Origin: Planctomycetota bacterium
Lineage (GTDB): Bacteria > Planctomycetota > UBA11346
Direction: 5' to 3'
Assembly: GCA_038231435.1 (NCBI GenBank)
Contig: JBBRLJ010000014.1
Span: forward strand, 36,146-100,145
Length of the DNA: 64,000 nucleotides
The notes under the pieces were generated by a model. That model had not been told where the DNA came from, ran no database searches, and saw only the letters and a program-made list of their open reading frames with translations. Shown here in pieces: positions 60,139-64,000 of this stretch. Made by a program: the position numbers and the translations under genes. The first letter of the stretch is position 1, and each line of letters opens with the position of its first letter.

Positions 60139-62253
60139 TCAACCACCGGTGAAGCCGGTGTAGCCGGGGGCGCCGGTTATCAGCCAATGGAGGAATGCCC
60201 CCACCGTGAGCAGGGCGCCGCACATGATCTCTCCCAGGATCAGGCCGAGGAACAGCGGCTTACAGGTCCGGTAGCCGCTGGCGCCCCCGAAGCGCACGAT
60301 CGACTCCTTCAGGCACCACCCGAGCAGGAAGGAAAACCACAGGAACTTGCACGGCCAGGTATCCCAGATCAGGAAGATGATCGGGTGCAGCCAGAAGCCG
60401 GGGTAGCGGAAGCGCACCAGCACCAGGGCCAGCACCCCGGCCATGCCGAATCCCATCCACGACAGCTGCTTCCCGTGACCGACGTTCTCGCCGAGCAGGC
60501 CGAGCTTCGCCAAGCCGTGGGCCGCCGACGAGGAATCGAAGCGGCCCGTGTCCGCCAGGGTACCCAATCCGCGCGTCGCCTGGTCGATGGTCGAGGGCAA
60601 TGTCGATTCCAGGACGTGGAAATTGTCGCGCTTGCCCCCGTAGGCGTAGGTGGTGTAGGTCTGGGCCGCGAAACCGAGCACCGCCGCGAGCGCCATAGCG
60701 CCGAGCCCGGCGGCGACCAGGCCGCCGACCCGCGTGCCGGTGTTCTCAGCGACCTTGAGCCCATTGGCGACGAACGGCATCATGCACACACGGGTGTCGA
60801 AGTTGATCACGCTGCCGAGCCAGTAGATCATCACCAGGCACGACGGGCCGAGCGCGGGGAAACCCATGATGTTCGCCAGCACCATGCCCGAGTCGAACTC
60901 GGCCTGCATGAACGGCACGCCGGTCTCGCAGATGATGCGCGTGACGACCAGGAAGAACATCTGTACCGCCAGCACGTACACCACCGCGATCATCCAATCG
61001 AGTCCGAACCCCCACCACAACACCAGGGTCAGGCCCGCGGACGCGGCCAAGAAAACTCGCGCCGCCCATACACCCTGGTTGTCGCCCTCATCGCTCGCGC
61101 GCCGCGCGCGCAAGGCCCGCGCCATCATCGAACGGTAATAGGTTCGTCCGGTATAGACCAGGATGAGCGCGTACGCGACATAGGCTCCGGCCACGATGCT
61201 CTTGCAGTCGACGTTGCTCATCGGCTTGCCGGTAGCCGCGTAGACCTGGACCGAGACCAGCGCGAACCACAGCAGGTTGGTGCCGAAACTGAAACTGATC
61301 TCGGACGGGATGAAATAGGCGATGCCGATGATCATGAACTGCGTCCAGCCACGCAGGTTCAGGTCGACGTTCTTCAGCACCGGGAATAGCTGACTGAAAT
61401 CGTCGCCGACGTAGAACGCCGACGAGATCCACGGGAACTTGCCGTGCGTGAGGATGGCCAGGTAGTTGATCAGGTAGAATATGAACGGCGGCGCCGCGCC
61501 CATCCAGAACAGCCGCGATCGGAACACCTCCGGGATGCGGCCATCCGCCTTCGGGATCATGGCGCTGAACACCGTCGCCAACGGATAGGCCAGCTGCTCG
61601 TGGCGCGACCACTGGCGATGCACGAGCAGTGCCAGCGCGGACATCGACAGCGCAAGGCAGCCGATCAGCGGTCCCCAGTACGCCATGATCGGCAGCCAGG
61701 CGCGCCATGGCGCCTGGGCCACGCTCAGCACGCCGTCGCCGACCGGGATGCCGGTCTCGAAATCACCGTACACCTTCTGGTAGGACGGGTCTGCCTGATC
61801 GTGGGCGAGCGGGAACAGCCGGGATGGCAGATATTCGAGGGTCTGGCGCGCGATCCAATCGGCATGGGCGGGCTCGGCGAGCCACGGCCGGATCAGGTAG
61901 ACATGGAAGGTGCGGTAGAAGCCGTAGCCCGGGAGCCAGGCCGCGCACAGCATCATCACCAGCACCACGGTCAACTCGCCCGGTTCCAACCGCAGCCGCG
62001 ACCACAGCCGACCGGCGAGCGGATTCCAGACCAGAGCGAGCACGATGATGGCCGCCATCGGGAAGATCGGCAGATGATTGCCGACCATTGGTGGCGCCTG
62101 CACCGTGTTGTTGGTGAAGTCCGCGAGCAGCGAGATGGTGGCCACGCCCAGCGCGCCTAGAGCCACCGATCGCCAGGTCACCGAACGGGCGCGCGCGGAC
62201 GCGGCCGGTGGCGGCTGGTCCGGGATGCCGTCGGGGATCTGCGTGGTCGCCAT
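60139..62253 (-). CDS. Second DUF6785/DUF6784-like paralog
   Basis: Colinear with 57635-59845: GNHLPI, LVHRQWSRHEQLAYP, RIICETG, WLHP, IVRFGG..Y..CKPLFLGLILGE. Confidence 0.8.
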   Translation of the reverse strand: MATTQIPDGIPDQPPPAASARARSVTWRSVALGALGVATISLLADFTNNTVQAPPMVGNHLPIFPMAAIIVLALVWNPLAGRLWSRLRLEPGELTVVLVMMLCAAWLPGYGFYRTFHVYLIRPWLAEPAHADWIARQTLEYLPSRLFPLAHDQADPSYQKVYGDFETGIPVGDGVLSVAQAPWRAWLPIMAYWGPLIGCLALSMSALALLVHRQWSRHEQLAYPLATVFSAMIPKADGRIPEVFRSRLFWMGAAPPFIFYLINYLAILTHGKFPWISSAFYVGDDFSQLFPVLKNVDLNLRGWTQFMIIGIAYFIPSEISFSFGTNLLWFALVSVQVYAATGKPMSNVDCKSIVAGAYVAYALILVYTGRTYYRSMMARALRARRASDEGDNQGVWAARVFLAASAGLTLVLWWGFGLDWMIAVVYVLAVQMFFLVVTRIICETGVPFMQAEFDSGMVLANIMGFPALGPSCLVMIYWLGSVINFDTRVCMMPFVANGLKVAENTGTRVGGLVAAGLGAMALAAVLGFAAQTYTTYAYGGKRDNFHVLESTLPSTIDQATRGLGTLADTGRFDSSSAAHGLAKLGLLGENVGHGKQLSWMGFGMAGVLALVLVRFRYPGFWLHPIIFLIWDTWPCKFLWFSFLLGWCLKESIVRFGGASGYRTCKPLFLGLILGEIMCGALLTVGAFLHWLITGAPGYTGFTGG

Positions 62254-62458
62254 GCCGCGGACAGCAGATGTCGCCGCGCCGCCGCGCAATCTCCGAACCG
62301 GGCCGTACCTGATCCCCGGCTCATCTCACCTGGAGCTCATGTGATCCCGGATGAGCAGATGTGATCCTGCACGCGGTGTCCGCGGCCATCTCCGGCGTTG
62401 CGGCCACTCATCGCTGCACTGGCACCGACGACCGTGGGCTGACCGCTATTGGCGATGC

Positions 62459-64000
62459 TCAGAACAGCTTGTCGGATCCGCCCTCGGGCTCGGCGGACGG
62501 AGCCTGCGAGCCGGCGAAATGGTCCTCGTCGCCCGAAGGCTTGTCCTGCATGCGGCGGCGCTGCTGCTTCTGGTAGGCCTTCTGCGGTGCGGCCGCGAAA
62601 TCCCCGTCCACGTCCTCCTCGACGCGCGACGGCACGAAGCGCATCTTCGCGGGATAGAAATCCATCGCCGAGCCGCCAGTCTGGCCGAAGCGATTCTTTG
62701 CCACGATGATCTTGATCTTGCGGACCTCGTCCTCCTTTGAGCCCTCCCCGCCATCGGTCCGGTGCATGAAGATCACCGCGTCGGCATCCTGCTCGATGGA
62801 GCCCGAACCGCGCAGGTCGGATAGGCGTGGCTCGCGCGGCTGGGTGGAGACCCCCTTCTCGCTGTCACGCGACATCTGCGACAACGCCAGCACGGGAATC
62901 TTCAGGTTCATCGCCATGACCTTGAGGATGCGGCTGATCTCGGAGACTTTTTCATACTCGCTGGCGTCGGACTTGTTCGAGCTGAGCAGCTGGAGGTAAT
63001 CGAGCACCACCAGCTTGAGCTTGCCCTGGTTCTCGAGCATCTGCCGTTTCACCACCGAGCGCAGCGCGTGCACGGTCAGATCGGACACGTCCATGAGGTT
63101 GAGATTCCAGAGCTTGAGCTCGTCGCCCTTCTTGGCGATGGCTTCCATCTGCACCGAATCGACCATGCCGGTGTCCAAGGCCTTGAAATCCACTCCGGAC
63201 TCCGCCGCGAGCAGCTTCTTGAGCAGATCGATGCGGTCGATCTCCAAGCTGAAGAATAGCACGCCCTGCTGGGCCTCGGCATTGCCGGCGATGTTGGCGA
63301 CGATCTTGAGCGCCAGCGAGGTCTTGCCCACGCCAGGTCGCGCGGCGAGCACGTAGAGTCCGCCTGGGCGCAGGGACATCAGCATGTTGTCGACATCCTC
63401 GAGCCCGGTCTTCACCGCCTGCTCGGGATTCTCGTTCTGGTGCACGATGCGGTGGATGGTCTCGTCGACGACTCCGGCGATGCCGTGCACGGTCGCGAGC
63501 CGATTCATGCGGTTGAGGTCGAGCACCGCCTGGTTGCCCTCGTCGAGCAGCTTCGGGAATTCGTCGGTGGTGCGGTAGGCCTTGTCGCACAGGCCCTGCA
63601 GGCGCTGGATGAGGCGACGCTTGAGATAATAGTCCCACAACAGCTCGACGTTGCGCTTCAGACCGGCGGCCGAGCCGAACGCCTGCTGCATCAGATCGAA
63701 CACCGCGTTGGCCCCGCCGAGCGCCGCGAGCGCGCTCTCAGCGAACTGGGCTGCCGATTCGTCAGGCCCCCGGCGGTACAACTCGCGCAGCCGCCTGCGG
63801 TCGAGGCCGTCGATCTGCTCGCTGTCGAAGAGGATCTGCTGCTGGCGCAGGCGCTCGATCATCGCCTGGAAGGGATACCGGCTGAGCAGTTCGGTCACCG
63901 AGCCGGCATCAACGCGCTGGCCGTCGTCGTCCAATTCGAGGCAAGCCAGGTAGACCATGCGGTGGTTGCGATGGAAGAATCCCATCGTGTGTTCAACCAC
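62459..64000 (-). CDS. dnaB: Replicative DNA helicase DnaB (5' end outside the window)
   Basis: AARPGVGKT, FFSLE, LDYLQL, ISRILK.MA, LSQMSR, PRLSDLRGSGSIEQDADAVIF, AKNRFG. Confidence 0.96.
   Translation of the reverse strand: MVEHTMGFFHRNHRMVYLACLELDDDGQRVDAGSVTELLSRYPFQAMIERLRQQQILFDSEQIDGLDRRRLRELYRRGPDESAAQFAESALAALGGANAVFDLMQQAFGSAAGLKRNVELLWDYYLKRRLIQRLQGLCDKAYRTTDEFPKLLDEGNQAVLDLNRMNRLATVHGIAGVVDETIHRIVHQNENPEQAVKTGLEDVDNMLMSLRPGGLYVLAARPGVGKTSLALKIVANIAGNAEAQQGVLFFSLEIDRIDLLKKLLAAESGVDFKALDTGMVDSVQMEAIAKKGDELKLWNLNLMDVSDLTVHALRSVVKRQMLENQGKLKLVVLDYLQLLSSNKSDASEYEKVSEISRILKVMAMNLKIPVLALSQMSRDSEKGVSTQPREPRLSDLRGSGSIEQDADAVIFMHRTDGGEGSKEDEVRKIKIIVAKNRFGQTGGSAMDFYPAKMRFVPSRVEEDVDGDFAAAPQKAYQKQQRRRMQDKPSGDEDHFAGSQAPSAEPEGGSDKLF

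Noticed and set aside
62459-64000. Intein in DnaB
   Set aside because: The motor-domain motifs are contiguous and there are no C/S...HN splice motifs

Overview
GC-rich bacterial chromosomal window with about 44 real CDS. The many long antisense and alternate-frame ORFs are GC shadows. Gene content suggests a PVC-group (probably Planctomycetota) organism; this is inference, not a computed assignment. Left to right: membrane Ser/Thr kinase; MFS transporter; desaturase; SnoaL, nitrilase and GNAT genes; VOC protein; a divergent pair of surface proteins (ELWxxDGT repeat and FN3/gingipain-like) sharing a C-terminal Cys-Gly-x-Gly-Ser/TM/poly-Arg tail; ADP-heptose genes (hldD, gmhB, hldE); GH2 beta-mannosidase; PAS hybrid kinase; sugar ABC operon; EF-hand protein; a three-gene secreted GH5-like cluster with a repeated unknown module; aat, HAD phosphatase, PP2C phosphatase; nrdR plus a double-ATP-cone, apparently catalytically dead NrdD-like protein; AraC/PhyH pair; and partial dnaB. 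The most striking element is a ~16 kb, nine-gene minus-strand cluster (46178-62253). It encodes three OPT-like multi-pass membrane proteins, two FtsX/MacB-type permeases (one a 1659-aa fusion to a degenerate M28/PA domain), two ABC ATPases, a two-repeat soluble protein and a stand-alone PqqD/RRE protein. No RNA genes, CRISPR arrays or mobile elements were recognised. Family names come from motif recognition only; no searches were run.
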